The notes under the pieces: generated by a model
The model's input: the letters and a program-made list of their open reading frames with translations, nothing else
Database searches by the model: none
What the model was told of the DNA's origin: nothing
In this document: positions 36,979 through 50,559 of the stretch, piece after piece
Position numbering within the stretch: the stretch's first letter is position 1
Layout: each line of letters starts with the position of its first letter
Program-made: the position numbers and the translations under genes
NCBI RefSeq assembly: GCF_018350175.1
Contig: NC_058368.1
Location: 75,208,001 to 75,272,000, forward strand
From: Felis catus
Lineage: Eukaryota
DNA length: 64,000 nucleotides
Reading direction: 5' to 3'

Positions 36979-39900
36979 AAAGAAATGGTTCAAGTTCTGT
37001 ATCACAATTGTTTCTAGTAAAGTACTATCATAATTACGCTGTGAAGAGAGAAATACACACACACAATGAGATATTTCCCTTCAGATGTTAAAACTGGATT
37101 TTAGAAGGCTTTATTCATTATTTAAATGGTCAATGCGATATTGATTTCCTGGGCCAGGATGACCAGGATGGAGTTATCCATGAACCTGGGTGCCATTCGT
37201 ATATACAGTCAACAAAATGACACATTGATTGCAGTTAAAAGATCAGGTTCTTATAGTGTGGAATAGACATAATAATCTCGTGATTTTCTGTAAACTTATG
37301 ACTACATTTGAGAGATGTCCTTCCTATTAAGTTGGCATTGCATTGACTACTGGTGTCTAGTTTCCTTATTTCTGGGAACAATTTTAAAAATCTGATAAAA
37401 TGTATTTTCAGAAAAAAAATCACGCAGCAGATAGAAAAAAAAAAGGTAGAAAATAACATTTAAATGAAAAAGAAGTAAGACATAATTTGTCTAGAATTTT
37501 CCAGAAACATAGTTCTAGATATATCAACTTGCCATCAACTAACAACTAAACCTCTGAATTACTTGTCCATTAATGATACTTGTTTTGTTACATATATCTC
37601 CAAAATGTATTGTGCATTGACACTTCTTTCATCCAAGTGCACTGAATTGTATATGGATACCAGTTAGTTTCTAGCTGTGGTCTTTAGTTAACGCTATTCA
37701 TCGCTTGTGACATTTTAATTCCAACATAGACTGTCAATGGGTGTAAAAGTTTGTGTTCACTGATGTTAAATGTTTTCAGGCTTTTGATATCATTCCGAAC
37801 CTTGTCCCTGCACCGTCTCTTATCTTTGTTTACCGCCGTTCATGTGTTTTCTCCCATGATTTTCCAGCTAGCTGAAGGTTAATTTTTACGGACATCGTCG
37901 GCCAATAAAGCTGTCTCCTTTCTTGACCTCGTGAGTAGGTAACACTGAACTCTCAAAGGGCTTCACCACTAACAGGGATTCTTGGCTATTTTGATCATCG
38001 CTCATATTTGGGAATTGTTTTCTTATTATTAGAATTGAGCTATGCTAGATATTTGGATGTGGTAGATGTACATCTCCCTCGAAAATAAAACATTGAGGGA
38101 GAGCCATGTTAATCGATACCAGCTTGAAAAATATGACGACCTTTGCCTTCTTCGAGGAGGAGGAAAACAAAAAGACAACTTCAGTCTCTAGAACACTGGT
38201 TCGAGGCACCCACAGCATGGCAGCAAGCACAAACACCGAGTTAAATATTCAGAGTGCTTCCGACACTTGGTTCTTGCACAAATGTCCATCTCCCTCCTGG
38301 ATTTCCCCTGGGAGTGGGGCACAGTTCTGGCTGCAGCACAATTGGCTGTCCCTCCCTGGATGTCTTTCAAACAGATGATGTGCTTGTGGGACTGCCTCTC
38401 AATTCCGCACACTCCCTCGGAAAGAAATGTCACACCAACTGAACAAGGGAAGGTTAATGATACGAAGTGGAGACAGAGTATGTTCAAAATCTTAAAGCAT
38501 CGTTTGGCCAAGACACATATTATTGATTAGTCTCTTCTCCTTTAACTAGTGGGTTCTTCATGAAGTAGACCAGCAGTAGTAACAAAAATTATATAAAATA
38601 GTCACTAGAATACATAATGAATCTGTATTCTAACATAGCATAATACACGTTATGCCATTATCTGTTTTCCATATTTATATAATAGTATATGTTATCGATA
38701 ATGCTATATCTAATGTTATCTATTCCCAAATAAGCGGTTAGTACAAACAGCAGATACAAGCCCCATTTTATAGAAACTTGATCAAGTCAGGAATATAACA
38801 AATATATTATAGGAAATATTGGGTCTGGGAAAATGGATCGGTGATGAAGTTACCTGAAATGATGTTGCAATTTCAGCAGAATGAGCATAGCCAGGAAAAA
38901 AAAAAGTTTCTAAAAGAATTCTTTTTTCTTTTCTTTTTTTTGCAAAAATACATTTCAGAAAAGGCTGAGATCCTTTTGAAAGTTGATTTCGTAAGGCGAG
39001 AAGTGATTCATTTGTTCTCATATTAAATAGAATGAGTAAAAGAAATTGAACAAAATGGGTACTTTTTCCACGGTCTTCCTTCCAAACAAGAGAATATTCA
39101 GTAATAATTTGGGGGTTGGGCAGTGCGACAATGGTAGTGACCTTCTGCAGAGCGTAAGGAATTGAGGGAGGCCAGTAGTTGACCAAATTGAGGAGACGAA
39201 TCTTGTAGCATCTGGTAACCTTTCTCATTTTGGTTCATCTTTCTCTTCCTTTTTTACTGTAAGAGGTCAAGCCTGGAGATTCATTTCATTTCAAAGTCTT
39301 CCCAAAGAATCTCCTTTCTAAAAATATTTTTTATTATGAAAATAAATGGAATTTTCCACGCTAGCAGAGATTAATCGTGATAAGTTTATACAAATAAGAT
39401 ATCTTAGCCAAAGGAAAAGGTCCATAATAAATAATTTTATAATACTCAGAAAGCATCGAAAGCATCAGACAAAACTACTAGTCTAACCTAGAGGCTCAGC
39501 ACTGGTGTTTAGCAAAAAAAAAATGTGATGGTCCTTTGTTTATATTCTACATTATAATATATACTCTAATTTTGTTTATATAAATATAATTTTAAACATA
39601 ATTTTGTTTGTATAAATATAAAAGATAATTTTGTTTGTATGCTAACATATGTTGTTTGTTTAGTTATGGAATCAGTACTATATTCTAGTAAAACTTTCAT
39701 TAAAGTTCCAAATATAGATGAGATTATATTCTTTGTCACTTTAAAAGCAAATTTTATAGTCTTTTCGCAGCAGCAGTACGGGTGAGATCATTTTAATTAA
39801 CATAATAAAAATATCAATATTGTATTCAACCTGGAAACATCAGCTTTCATTACATTTCCTAACAAAGACTTAAAAGACTGATAAAATGGTAAATCGTAGG

Positions 39901-40327
39901 CACAGAGTTCTGTATTTTTATTTTAAATTATCAACATGTCTGGTAAGTCTGCATAGGTTGGAAAACAACCTAATATGTGTGCCTGTGAATTTAGCTCCTA
40001 TTTAGGTGTTTAAGATTCTCATCACAGATCAGGCATCTTAATGTGACATCACCATCTGAAAAACATACCTTATAGAAAAAAATCAAGGGTCTCAACAGTC
40101 TCAGACTCTAACTCTTACAGTATTCCCAGGACTCTGTAAACCTCAGATCCATCAGATTTTTCAGGAAATTTAAGGTCAATTCTCCCAACGTCCACTGAGT
40201 TCCAAAGTTTGAGAATAGTATGGGAAAGACTATTCGAATGAGGATAACACAGGCAGAAGAGCTATGCAGCAGAGATCTTAATGCCAGATCAATACCAAAG
40301 TTCGTGCTTCTTCCACAATACAAGACT

Positions 40328-40485
40328 CTTTTTTTAAGTTTATTTATTTATTTAGTTTAAGAGAGAGAGCACGAGCAGGGGAGGGACAGAGAGAGAGAGG
40401 GAGAGAGAGACCCCTAAGCAGGTTCCACACTGTCAGTCTAAATCAGGAGTCAGATGCTTAACTGACTGAGCCACCCAGGTCTCCC
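40328..40485 (-). mobile_element. Can-SINE with internal deletion
   Basis: B-box region missing. Confidence 0.9.
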
Positions 40486-40489
40486 TAAA

Positions 40490-40647
40490 CTTTTTATTTA
40501 AATTCCAGTTACTAAACATATACTGTAATATTATTTTCAGGAGTAGAATTCAGTGACTCACCACTTACGTACAACACCAAGTGTTCATCCCAAGTGCCCT
40601 CTTAATACTCATCAGCCATCTAGCCCACCCCCCACCCACCTCCCTCT
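40490..40647 (-). mobile_element. Carnivore L1 extreme 3' end
   Basis: Antisense similarity to the 1400-1550 region of this window. Confidence 0.85.
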
Positions 40648-41420
40648 ATTCATTGGTGGTTTCTTTTGCTGTGCAGAAGCTTTTTGGTATGATAGAGTCT
40701 CGTGTGTTTATTTTTTATTTTGTTTGTGCTTTGGGAGCCCTGTCCAAAAACTCATGGCCAAGGCCCATCCAAGGAGCATTAGTTCTATGTTTTCTTCTAG
40801 CACTTTTATGGTCACTTAAGTCCGTGATCACTTTTGAGTTAATGTTTGTGGATGGTAGAAGGTATGGGTTCAGCTTCATTCTTTTTTTTTTTTTTTAATT
40901 TTTTTTTCAACGTTTATTTTTGGGACAGAGAGAGACAGAGCATGAACGGGGGAGGGGCAGAGAGAGAGGGAGACACAGAATCGGAAACAGGCTCCAGGCT
41001 CCGAGCCATCAGCCCAGAGCCTGACGCGGGGCTCGAACTCCCGGACCGCGAGATCGTGACCTGGCTGAAGTCGGACGCTTAACCGACTGCGCCACCCAGG
41101 CGCCCCATCAGCTTCATTCTTTACATGTGAATATCCAATTATCCCAGCACCATTACATAAAAAATTCCCTTTCCCCATTGAACATTCTTGATTCCCTTGT
41201 CAAGTATTCATTGACCACATATGCTTGGGCTCATATTCTGGGCTCTCAGTTCTGTTCCATTGGTTTATTTTTCTGTGTTGGGTTTTTTTTTTTTTGTTTT
41301 TGTTTTTTTTTTTTTTTTTTTTTTTGTTTTTTTTTTTTTTTTTTTTGCCAGTACTATACTGTGTTGATGACTACAGTATTCTCACGATTACTTTGACTAT
41401 TTGGGGTCTTCGGTGGTTCC
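40648..41420 (-). mobile_element. L1 ORF2 fragment (inverted), with a SINE and a poly-T expansion
   Basis: ttcttttgctgtgcagaagcttttt, cccagcaccatt, ttctgttccattgg antisense L1 motifs. Confidence 0.9.
40885..41106 (-). mobile_element. Young SINEC_Fc inside L1
   Basis: TSD tcagcttcattcttt at 40870-40884 and 41108-41122. Confidence 0.98.
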
Positions 41421-41610
41421 AAAAAGTCTTTTGTATTTTATAACTTAAGCTATTTTTCATTAGGGATTTCTAGAACAAGAAACAGATGGGATACTTAAAT
41501 TAACAGATTTCACCATTTATGACATTCGGTGAACTTTAAGTTAAGCCTTAAGTCTGTCTAGTTTGCAAAATGTTGAGCCCAACAATTTTGATAGAAGAGT
41601 CCTGTATTGT

Positions 41611-41820
41611 GGGGCCTAGGTGACTCAGTCGGTTAGGCAAGTCTGACTCTTGATTTTGGCTCAGGTCGCAATCTCACAGTTGGTGAGATTGAGTCCCTCA
41701 TCAGGCTCTGTGCTGACAGTGCGGAGCCTGCTTGGGATTCTCTCTCTCCCATTCATCTCTGCCCCTCCCTCTCTCTCTCTTTCAAAATAAATGAAAATAA
41801 TAATAATATTAATAATAATA
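41611..41820 (+). mobile_element. Older Can-SINE
   Basis: Head ggggcctaggtgactcagtcgg, (AAT)n tail. Confidence 0.93.
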
Positions 41821-41863
41821 ATGTGTAATTGCATAAATATTTGCAGGTAAAATTTAAAAAAAT

Positions 41864-42986
41864 AAATCATCAATGAAGTGAAAAGACAACCTATACAATG
41901 GGAAAAATATTTGCAAACCATATATCTAATTATGGTCATTATGTACATGTAAAGTACTAATACAACTCAATAGGAAAAAAAAAAATTAAAAATGGGCAAA
42001 GGACCCGAATAGACATTTCTCCAAAGAAGACCAAGAGACTCAGATGCTCAGCCTTCCCTAGTCATTAGGGAAATGTAAATTAAAATCACAATGAGATTCT
42101 GCTAAAATGACCGTTCTCAAAATGATGAGTGATAGCAGATACAGGTGTGGATGCGGAGACACGGAACCCCGGTGCACCATTGGTGGGAACGTCAATTGCC
42201 ATGGCTGCTATGGAAAACCGTATGGAAGATCTTCCAAAAAATAAAAATAGAACTACCATGTGGTCCAGCAATTCCACCTCTGGGACTATAGCCAAAGAAA
42301 ATGAAAACACTAACTTGAAAAGGTATCTTCCCATGTTCATAGCAGCATTATTTACAATAGCTAAGACATGAAAATAACCTAAGTGTTCATCGGTGGGTAA
42401 ATGGATAAAGAAGTTGCCGTATGCATACAGGGGAATATGATTCAGCCATAAAAATGTGGAAATCTTACCCTTTTCAATAACATGGGTGGAACTTGAAAGC
42501 ATTATGTTAAGTGAAACGAGTCAGAGAAAGACAGAGAGTATAAGATTTTGCTTACGTGTAGAATCTAAACTCAAGCAAACAAACAAACAAAAGGCTAAGC
42601 CAAAATGAACTCATAGAAAAAGAGACCAGACATATGGTTACCAGGGACAATGGCTAGGGAGGGGAGAATTGGGGGAAGGTGGTCAAAGGTACAAATGTCC
42701 AATTAACAAGATAAATCATACAACGTGACACCTATGGTTAACACTGAACCGCTATATGGTTTATTTGAAAGATTTCAAAGACTGAGCGGTAAGAGTTCTC
42801 GCCCAAGGAGAAGGTTTTTCCGATGTTTTCTTCTTTTGTTTCTGTTGTTACTATATGAGAGAATGGATGTTAGCTGAAATCATTTCAGTCATTTTGCAAT
42901 GTAGATGAATCCAACCATCCAGATGTACACGTTCAATTTATACAAAGATGTGTATTGATTACTTCTCAAACAAATTGGGAGGGAAA
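41864..42986 (+). mobile_element. L1 3' part (L1MA9/L1_Carn-like)
   Basis: aaaagacaacctatacaatgggaaaaatatttgcaaacc...atgttcatagcagcattatttacaatagc...3'UTR. Confidence 0.92.
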
Positions 42987-43019
42987 GCCTTAGGTAAAAA
43001 CATTACAACTCAAATTTAA

Positions 43020-43240
43020 TTTTTTTTTATTTTTTAATGTTTTTTATTTATTTTTGAGACAGAGAGAGACAGAGCATGAATGGGGAGGGGCAGAGAGAGA
43101 GGGAGGCACAGAATCGGAAGCAGCCTCCAGGTTCTGAGCCATCAGCCCAGAGCCCGACGCGGGGCTCGAACTCACAGACCGCGAGATCGTGACCTGAGCC
43201 GAAGTCGGACACTTAACCGACTGAGCCACCCAGGTGCCCC
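43020..43240 (-). mobile_element. SINEC_Fc
   Basis: Perfect TSD tacaactcaaatttaa at 43004-43019 and 43241-43256. Confidence 0.97.
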
Positions 43241-45444
43241 TACAACTCAAATTTAAATTCTCCAATTGGAAGAAAAGAAAATCACAGTATTACAGAACGT
43301 AAGCATGATTATCCTACATAAAACAGATTTGTTTAGTTATGTAATTGCTTTCTTCTCTTCTTTACACCATGCAGAATTATGAAATAAAACATTTGGAAAC
43401 ATTTTTGCCCACTTGGGGGACACAAATAAAAATTGAAATAAAAACAAAAAGTATTATTTTGACCCCCCCTTTCATATTCAACTGAACCAAAGGAATTCAG
43501 TAATAAATTGCAATTGTGTAACTTTCTCAGGAAAGGAAAGCGAGTCTCCTCCATGTTCAGGTAAGGCCAATACTTGTGTCTATATTACCCCTTATCCCAT
43601 GATTCTAATGACCAGATATAGCTGCATCGGTTACAAGAGTTTGTGTTTCCTGGTATCTTTCATCACACGATATTTATGATTCTTCTGTTACAAACCACGA
43701 GAAATGGGGGGGTGACATTGACCTGGGATCACCTCAGTTTCAGGTACTTATAAAATACATTAAATATAAGAAAAACTATTGTCAAATTGCATATTAATTA
43801 CCACTGCATTATATAGTAGGTTATACAAACGATGCGGGGCATATTAAACTAATGAACTATTTTAATTAAATTTTGATTTTTTTTGTCCCTAACATTTTAT
43901 TTTAAAAGACCTTGAAAGAATAATAGGCACTAAAAGCATCCTAAAGGGTTATTAAATAAGATGGGTCGCAATAACAGAACCGTATCCCCTAGGTAATTTG
44001 AAGATTTAGCCATAGGATTTTGTTCCCATTCAGGTTTTGTTTATGCAACTATTTTTCCCTCTTTCCTTTTCAAGATACATGAGGTTTTACCTCCTCCCCG
44101 TTTCTGTTACCAGGAGGAGTTCTAGTTCTTACAGACTAAATGCAAACATTCAGTGCCAGTTACTTTGATCTCTCTGCTTTGTTTTTCATTACCCTCTTCC
44201 AAATGTGTTTTGATAATATTCCAACAGGTGGACATTTGAACATTTATGCCTTTAACGCTGTGAAACAGACTCGGAGATGTTTGGAAAAGAGTCAGACGTG
44301 GAGGTTTCACCTTAGATTTAAATATCTTATTTCATAAAATAGACCTCTCTCTTTCTTCTTTTTGCCAAATAATTGCCAACATTAAGCTTCTGCTCTCTGC
44401 TGAGAGGTCACTGGCTGACCATTCCTTAATTTATCCAATTAAGTGACATATTGAGTCAGGATCTCCTGTAGAGGTAACATTTTTTGATGGGTTTTTTTAA
44501 ACTGCCATTTAGCCCCATTACATGCACATCATTGATATTAGCATTTTTTCTAGCACGTTGCTCTTGGGAGCTTGTCTGCCGGAATCACACCTAGGATATG
44601 AGTCTTGACTCGCCTTGCAGACCTTTCAAAATTCAAGCTTTGACCACGGAGACATTTGAATGGTGCTCATCTTGTGACAAGGAAACACATAAAACTAGAA
44701 ACAGTTTTTAAAGGATCAGCAAGGTGAAGTCTCATTTGATTTCTCCATCTTCTTAGTTGGCAGAATATTTAAGGTTTTATGATCCCCTCTTTTGCTAGAT
44801 TACATGTGTTTTTGTTATTCATAAGCAGAGCTCAGCAAGATGTTCATTACAAACTGAGTCAAGGGGCAGGTTTGCCAAAATGTCTTCCCCACCCCCACCC
44901 CCTCCCACCTGGATTCAGTTTTTAAAGGAAGCCTGGAAAGAATTATGGTTTAAAATTGAGGTTGTGTCTAAATTGGTGATTTAAGCTTAAATCCTGTGGA
45001 AAGCCATTCTACTGTGAATTTTTCATAACCAAAGCCTTCAACTGATGCCACTTTCCCTACAAACATTGGAGGAACACCCTATCTCCCATGGGCCCAAAAG
45101 ATGCATATATATTTATGTATCTTTGATTTTATATATATGTTATATAATTTTAATTAAATAATTAAACTATAGTTAATTTAATATAATTAAATAATTAACC
45201 ATAAATAATTAAAACTAAAAGGGAAATTGTGCAACAAAAGATTAAAACCTGTATGAATCCCATGGAGTCATGCAAATGATGTTTGGTTTTAAAAATTACA
45301 TGTCAATATTTTTAATTACTTGTGGATTAAATGGAAAAGCAATAATCTCCACAGAGTTGCGTGGGTTTTTTTTTGTTGTTGTTGTTGTTGTTGTTGTTCG
45401 CGGTATTTTTTGTTCTTATTTGTGTGGGTGTGAAGTTTTTATTG

Positions 45445-45655
45445 TTTTAATATTTATTTATTTATTCATTTATTTATTTATTTATTTGAGAGAGAGCAGG
45501 AAAGAGGGGCAGGGGGAGAGAAAGAGAGAATCCCAAGCAGGCTTTATGCTCAGTGTGGAGCCAAATGCGGGGCTTGATCCCATGAACCCTACGATCATGA
45601 CCTGAGCCCAAATCAAGAGTTGGACACTGAACTAACTGAGCCACCCAGGCTCTCC
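45445..45655 (-). mobile_element. Older Can-SINE
   Basis: Antisense consensus, (TTTA)n tail. Confidence 0.93.
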
Positions 45656-45820
45656 AAGTATAATGTTCTTTTAAGCATCTTTGAAACGGCTTTCTGAAAA
45701 ACGATGAAAAATGAGGAATATATGTGCTTCCCTAAGTACATGTGATTTTTTTTACTTAATTTCTGTTTATTAATTTCTGTATTTTTTTTCTCCTTGAGAT
45801 TTCCTTTAAAAAAATGTTCA

Positions 45821-45940
45821 GGGGTGCCTGCGTGCCTCAGTGCTTGGGATTCTCTTTCTCCCTCTCCCTCTCTGTCCCTCCCCCATTCCTGTATACACAC
45901 ACACTCTCTCTCTCTCTTACAATAAATAAATAAAATTTAA
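45821..45940 (+). mobile_element. Can-SINE with large internal deletion
   Basis: ggggtgcctgcgtgcctcagt joined directly to gcttgggattctct. Confidence 0.85.
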
Positions 45941-46171
45941 AAGAAAACCTGTTGAAACGATATGTACTACAAACATCCTAAAGGATTGGTAGGTGAAATG
46001 TATCAGAGTGAAGCAGGAAAACTTCAAGTTCTATTGACCAACTAACTAATCCTGTTCTATACGGAAATGAGTGGCAACAATTACTATGTTGAAGTAACAA
46101 AATGATAGGGATACGCACTTCTTCCTTTGTTCAGTGTCTTCCAATCATGGAATTTGGAAAAAAAGAAAAAA

Positions 46172-46175
<4 letters not shown>

Positions 46176-46205
<30 letters not shown>
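46176..46205. repeat. (TA)n microsatellite
   Basis: Direct observation. Confidence 0.95.
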
Positions 46206-46208
<3 letters not shown>

Positions 46209-46628
46209 GAGGAAATTGCATAATTAGCAAAAACTGGCTACACAGCAAATGCTTGTTGGGAAGGAAGCCCCCAGGAGTGGTCAGGTTCAGGGCCAAAATT
46301 CTCCCGTGTCTTATGAAAGAGAAGAATAATTTCAGGGCACACATGTGATCTGGGTGACGTAATGTAAATGGTGATAGCAATTGCTCAAAAATGTCAGGTG
46401 AAACCGAATGAACTGACATTTGTGAAAACGCAGTGTTTTAAACACATACGCATAAAACGCAATTCATGTACATTAAGAAAGAATTCATGTACCTAATGAA
46501 GAATTAGGAGCTCTCTGCCAGGACTTCCATTTGAAAATTTGTGCTTATAGAATTAATTGCCATTCCTCCAGCTGAAAGCAATGTATTCTAGATAGGAATT
46601 TCAAAACAAAATGTATTTATTTTGCGAA

Positions 46629-46868
46629 TTTATTTATTTATTTATTTTTTAATTTGTTTAATGTTTATTTATTTTTGAGAGAAAGAGACCGAACATGAGT
46701 GGGAGAGGGGCAGAGAAAGAGGGAGACACAGAATTGGAAGCAGGCTCCAGGCTCTGAGCTGTCGACACAGAGCCCGATGCGGGGCTCGAACTCACGGATC
46801 ATGAGATCATGAGATCATGTCCTGAGCTGAAGTCGGACGCCTAACCGACTGAGCCTCCCAGGCGGCCC
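46629..46868 (-). mobile_element. SINEC_Fc with internal gatcatga repeat expansion
   Basis: Antisense consensus; TSD ttttgc(g/t)aattt. Confidence 0.95.
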
Positions 46869-47350
46869 TATTTTGCTAATTTAAAAACAAAGTTAGACAC
46901 TAGGCAAGTGATATAATTCACACACAGAAAAAAAAACAAAAGAAAGAAAGAAAGAAAAAAAAAGAGAAATTTGAAATAGTTAAGTAGATGTCTATAGTGA
47001 AAACAGTGGGGGATAGACACATATTTTTTAATTAACTGATTTGGAATAAGGGCTCCTATTTCTGCTTCAGATGAAAGCACAGATCAATTTCTCAAGGAGA
47101 TTTGTTTGTTGTTTAGTAAAATGTTGGGCTCCATGTTGAAGGAGGTCCTCTCTCTTGGTTTAGTGTCTTTGTATGTATAATGAAGGTGTGAATTACATGG
47201 CTTAGCAATAAATTCTGTCTTTGGAGGTTAGAAATTTTAAAATTCCTAAAGCTTTAGATTCCATGGGGTAGTCTGAACAATCTCATTGCAACAATTTGCT
47301 CACCCTACTAGTTTGTTCGCCAAGTTTTATGTATAAATATTGACAAGGAT

Positions 47351-47575
47351 AGGCGCCTGGGTGGCTCAGTCGGTTAAGTGTCTGACTTCGGCTCACGTCT
47401 TGATCTTGCAGGCTGTGAGTTCAAGTCCCGGGTCGGGCTCTGGGATCTGTGCTGACAGCTCAGAGCCCGGAGTCTGCTTCGGATTCTGTGTTTCCCTCTC
47501 TCTGTGCTCCACCCCTGCTCTCACTCTCTCTCTCTATCAAAAATAAATAAACATTTAAAACTTAAAAAAAAAAAA
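47351..47575 (+). mobile_element. Can-SINE
   Basis: TSD tattgacaagg. Confidence 0.95.
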
Positions 47576-48063
47576 TTATTGACAAGGTGAAACTTATAAA
47601 TTCTCACAGTGTCACAATTATCGATTCCAACCTAATGGGTGTAGATAATTTTATTTCAATCTCTTTCTTCATGAGAAAGGAAATGAATTAAATTGTTAAG
47701 TATAAGATTCCTGAAGGCAAAAAACAAGTGAGTAGAAGCCCATGAAGGGACTTGTCAATAATCTTCCGTGGCTATGGTTCTTTGCCACATCGCTAGACAC
47801 TGTCTTTACGGCAAAGGACCAGCTAGCATAATTCTTTTGAGGGCCATGGAGGTTCTTATGTCTCTTAGCATAAACGGAGAACTGTGGGTGCTTTTTTTTT
47901 TCTTTTTTAATATCGTCTTTGTAGAAAAGGGCACTTGCTTGAAAACATTTAGGTGAATCGTAACTTCAGACTGCACTTTTCTTTAAAGGTTACACTTCCA
48001 ACTTTCTGTTATTATTTACCATGGAATTAAAGTGACTGGTTTAGATCATGAGATCAAAATGAG

Positions 48064-48270
48064 TTTTTTTTTTCAACGTTTATTTATTTTTGGGACAGAG
48101 AGAGACAGAGCATGAACGGGGGAGGGGCAGAGAGAGAGGGAGACACAGAATCGGAAACAGGCTCCAGGCTCTGAGCCATCAGCCCAGACAGAGCCTGACG
48201 CGGGGTTCGAACTCACGGACCGCGAGATCGTGAGTCAGACGCTTAACCGACTGCGCCACCCAGGCGCCCC
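48064..48270 (-). mobile_element. Young SINEC_Fc with small indels
   Basis: TSD aaaatgagtttt. Confidence 0.96.
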
Positions 48271-49206
48271 TAAAATGAGTTTTATACAGCGCATGGTAAA
48301 AGCCCACAGAGAAGATAACTAAACACATACCCCGTAAATTAAACCTTAGTTCTACTAAAAAAATAGTTTGCATATTATGCTTTTAAGAATCAGAGCTGGA
48401 TTAGAACTATATTATATCGTAACGGGTTGTTGCAGTTTTCCAAAGAAACAGAGCATATTTCAGTATTTTCAAATGAAATCACGGTACCAAAGAAAGAGTG
48501 AAATTGTTTAAATATTTTATTGTCTCATGATTTCAGACCTCTCCTGGTAAACAGAACTAAATGAAGAGATAACCCTCACTTTACACACACCCATGATGGA
48601 TCTTTCAAGCATTTAATCTTAAAAAACAATAACAGCCAAAGGAGCCTAAGAATGAAGTCCACCAGCTCATTGTTCGGGGGCCACCTTCAGGTTGGAAGAG
48701 GCACTGCAGGTGGCTGACATGAGATTCCGAGCCGCCATGTTCCTGAAGCTTACATATTTTTATATTTCCTTTCAAAGTTTCCAATCATGGCAAATGCTTT
48801 CCAGCCTTGTAATAGAATCCATTGTTTTCATTTTAGGGATTTTAAACACCAGATATGCCCCTCATACTGTGCTAATCAGAAGTAACAGGTATCATTTGGT
48901 GTTTTATACATCGATGAAAGTTCAGCACAGATAGGGGCATATATTGGATGATGTATATTTCCTTAATGGGACATATAGTTCCTTAAATGGGAAATGCAAT
49001 GACATAATTAATAGTAACTTCCTAGTAAGCAGCTGAAAATATTTTGGACATGAATACAATTTTAATGGAAGCATTTATGATCATTTCTATTTACAAAAAT
49101 ACAGTGGAAAAAATGGCAGCTTTATACTGAACAAAGAGGCGCGATAAAGTATTTAACATTCCCAATGAAATCGCTAGGTTAATTATTTTATTTCCTTTAA
49201 CATTCA

Positions 49207-50185
49207 GGGACTTTGGCCTTTCCACATAAACTTTGGTTTGTGATATCCATAAAATACTTTGCTGTTTTTCAGTTGTTTTGTTTTTGATTTAATTAGGACT
49301 GCATTGAATCTATAGATCAGGTTGGGAAGAACAGACATATTGGCAATATTGGCTCTTCTTATCCATGGACATGGAATATCTCCCCATTCATTTACTTTTT
49401 TAAAAAAATGTTATCAGAGTTTTGTAAGTTTTCCTTGCATAGATCTTGCATATATCTTGTTAGGTTTATTCTTAAGTATTTTTTCCCCCAGTGGTAAAAT
49501 AAATGGTGTTATGTTTTTAATTTCAAAATCCACTTGTCGATTATTGGTATATAGGAAAGCAACTGACTTTTGTATATTAATCTCATATCCTGCAAACTTG
49601 CTATCATCAAATTTTAGCAAACCAGGAGTTTTTGGTGTGTGCTTTAGGATTTTCTACGTAGACACTCATGTCAACTGCAAACAATGCCAGTTTTATTTCC
49701 TTTTTTCCAAATATGTATAAGTACTATTTTCTTTTCTTGACTTTTGGCATTAATTGGAATTTCCAATAAGATGTTGAAAACCAGTGGTGGGAGGGGCAGT
49801 CTTGCCTTGCATCTGATCTTAGTGGGAATGCTTTGAGTTTCTCATGAAGTATGATGTTAGCTATAGATTTTCTTAAATATTCTTTATCAAATTGAAGAAG
49901 TTGCCCTTTATTCCTAGTTTACGGAGAATTTTTAAACAAAAATGGGTGTTGAATTTAATTGAATTTTTTTTCATTTATTGATATGATCTTGTGATTTATT
50001 GATGTGACAGATTGGCTTCATGGAATTTTGAATGTTGAACCGGCTTTGTGCACCGGGGATACATCCTATTTGGTTGTGGCATATAATTCTTTTTACAAAT
50101 TGTTGGATTTGATTTGTTAATATTCTGTTGAGGATTTTTGCATACATATTCACGAGAGATATTGATCTGTAGTTTTCTTTCTTAT
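49207..50185 (-). mobile_element. L1 ORF2 reverse-transcriptase region (decayed)
   Basis: KKENYRSISLVNMYAKILNRIL..QIQQ.VKRII.HNQIG.IPG.Q..FNI and [21 protein letters not shown] in the ORF track. Confidence 0.95.
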
Positions 50186-50559
50186 ACCCATTCTCCTTTG
50201 TGTAACCCATATATCACTGAATCTAGTGTAGATATAAAAAATGTGGAATTATAGAAATATAGACTCTGTTTGCCCGTTTTTTCCCATCTTACTAACATAA
50301 GCCGCCACTGTCCGTTTACCCTGTGAATGTGTTTCAAGTCTATCCAGCTTTTTCCATCATCAACACAACAGATACCTTATATCAAACTGCTATTTTTCAA
50401 TTCCAAGAGTCACGCATGTTCTCTTGTCCTTTATGGTTTTTGTTGATGGTTTGTTTGTATTGTTTTTGGTTCTCCATAATGCCTTCAAAGTCATTCCTAA
50501 ACAATATCAATTGGAAGAATTCACTCCTTACGAATAACTCATCTGTAGTTTATCTCTAG

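Noticed and set aside
38106..38530. Overlapping 60-107 aa ORFs in unique DNA
   Set aside because: No recognisable homology, no convincing flanking splice sites or start context
49414..50210. Reverse-transcriptase-like ORFs as an active RT system
   Set aside because: Fragmented, frameshifted L1 ORF2 relic with no intact domain
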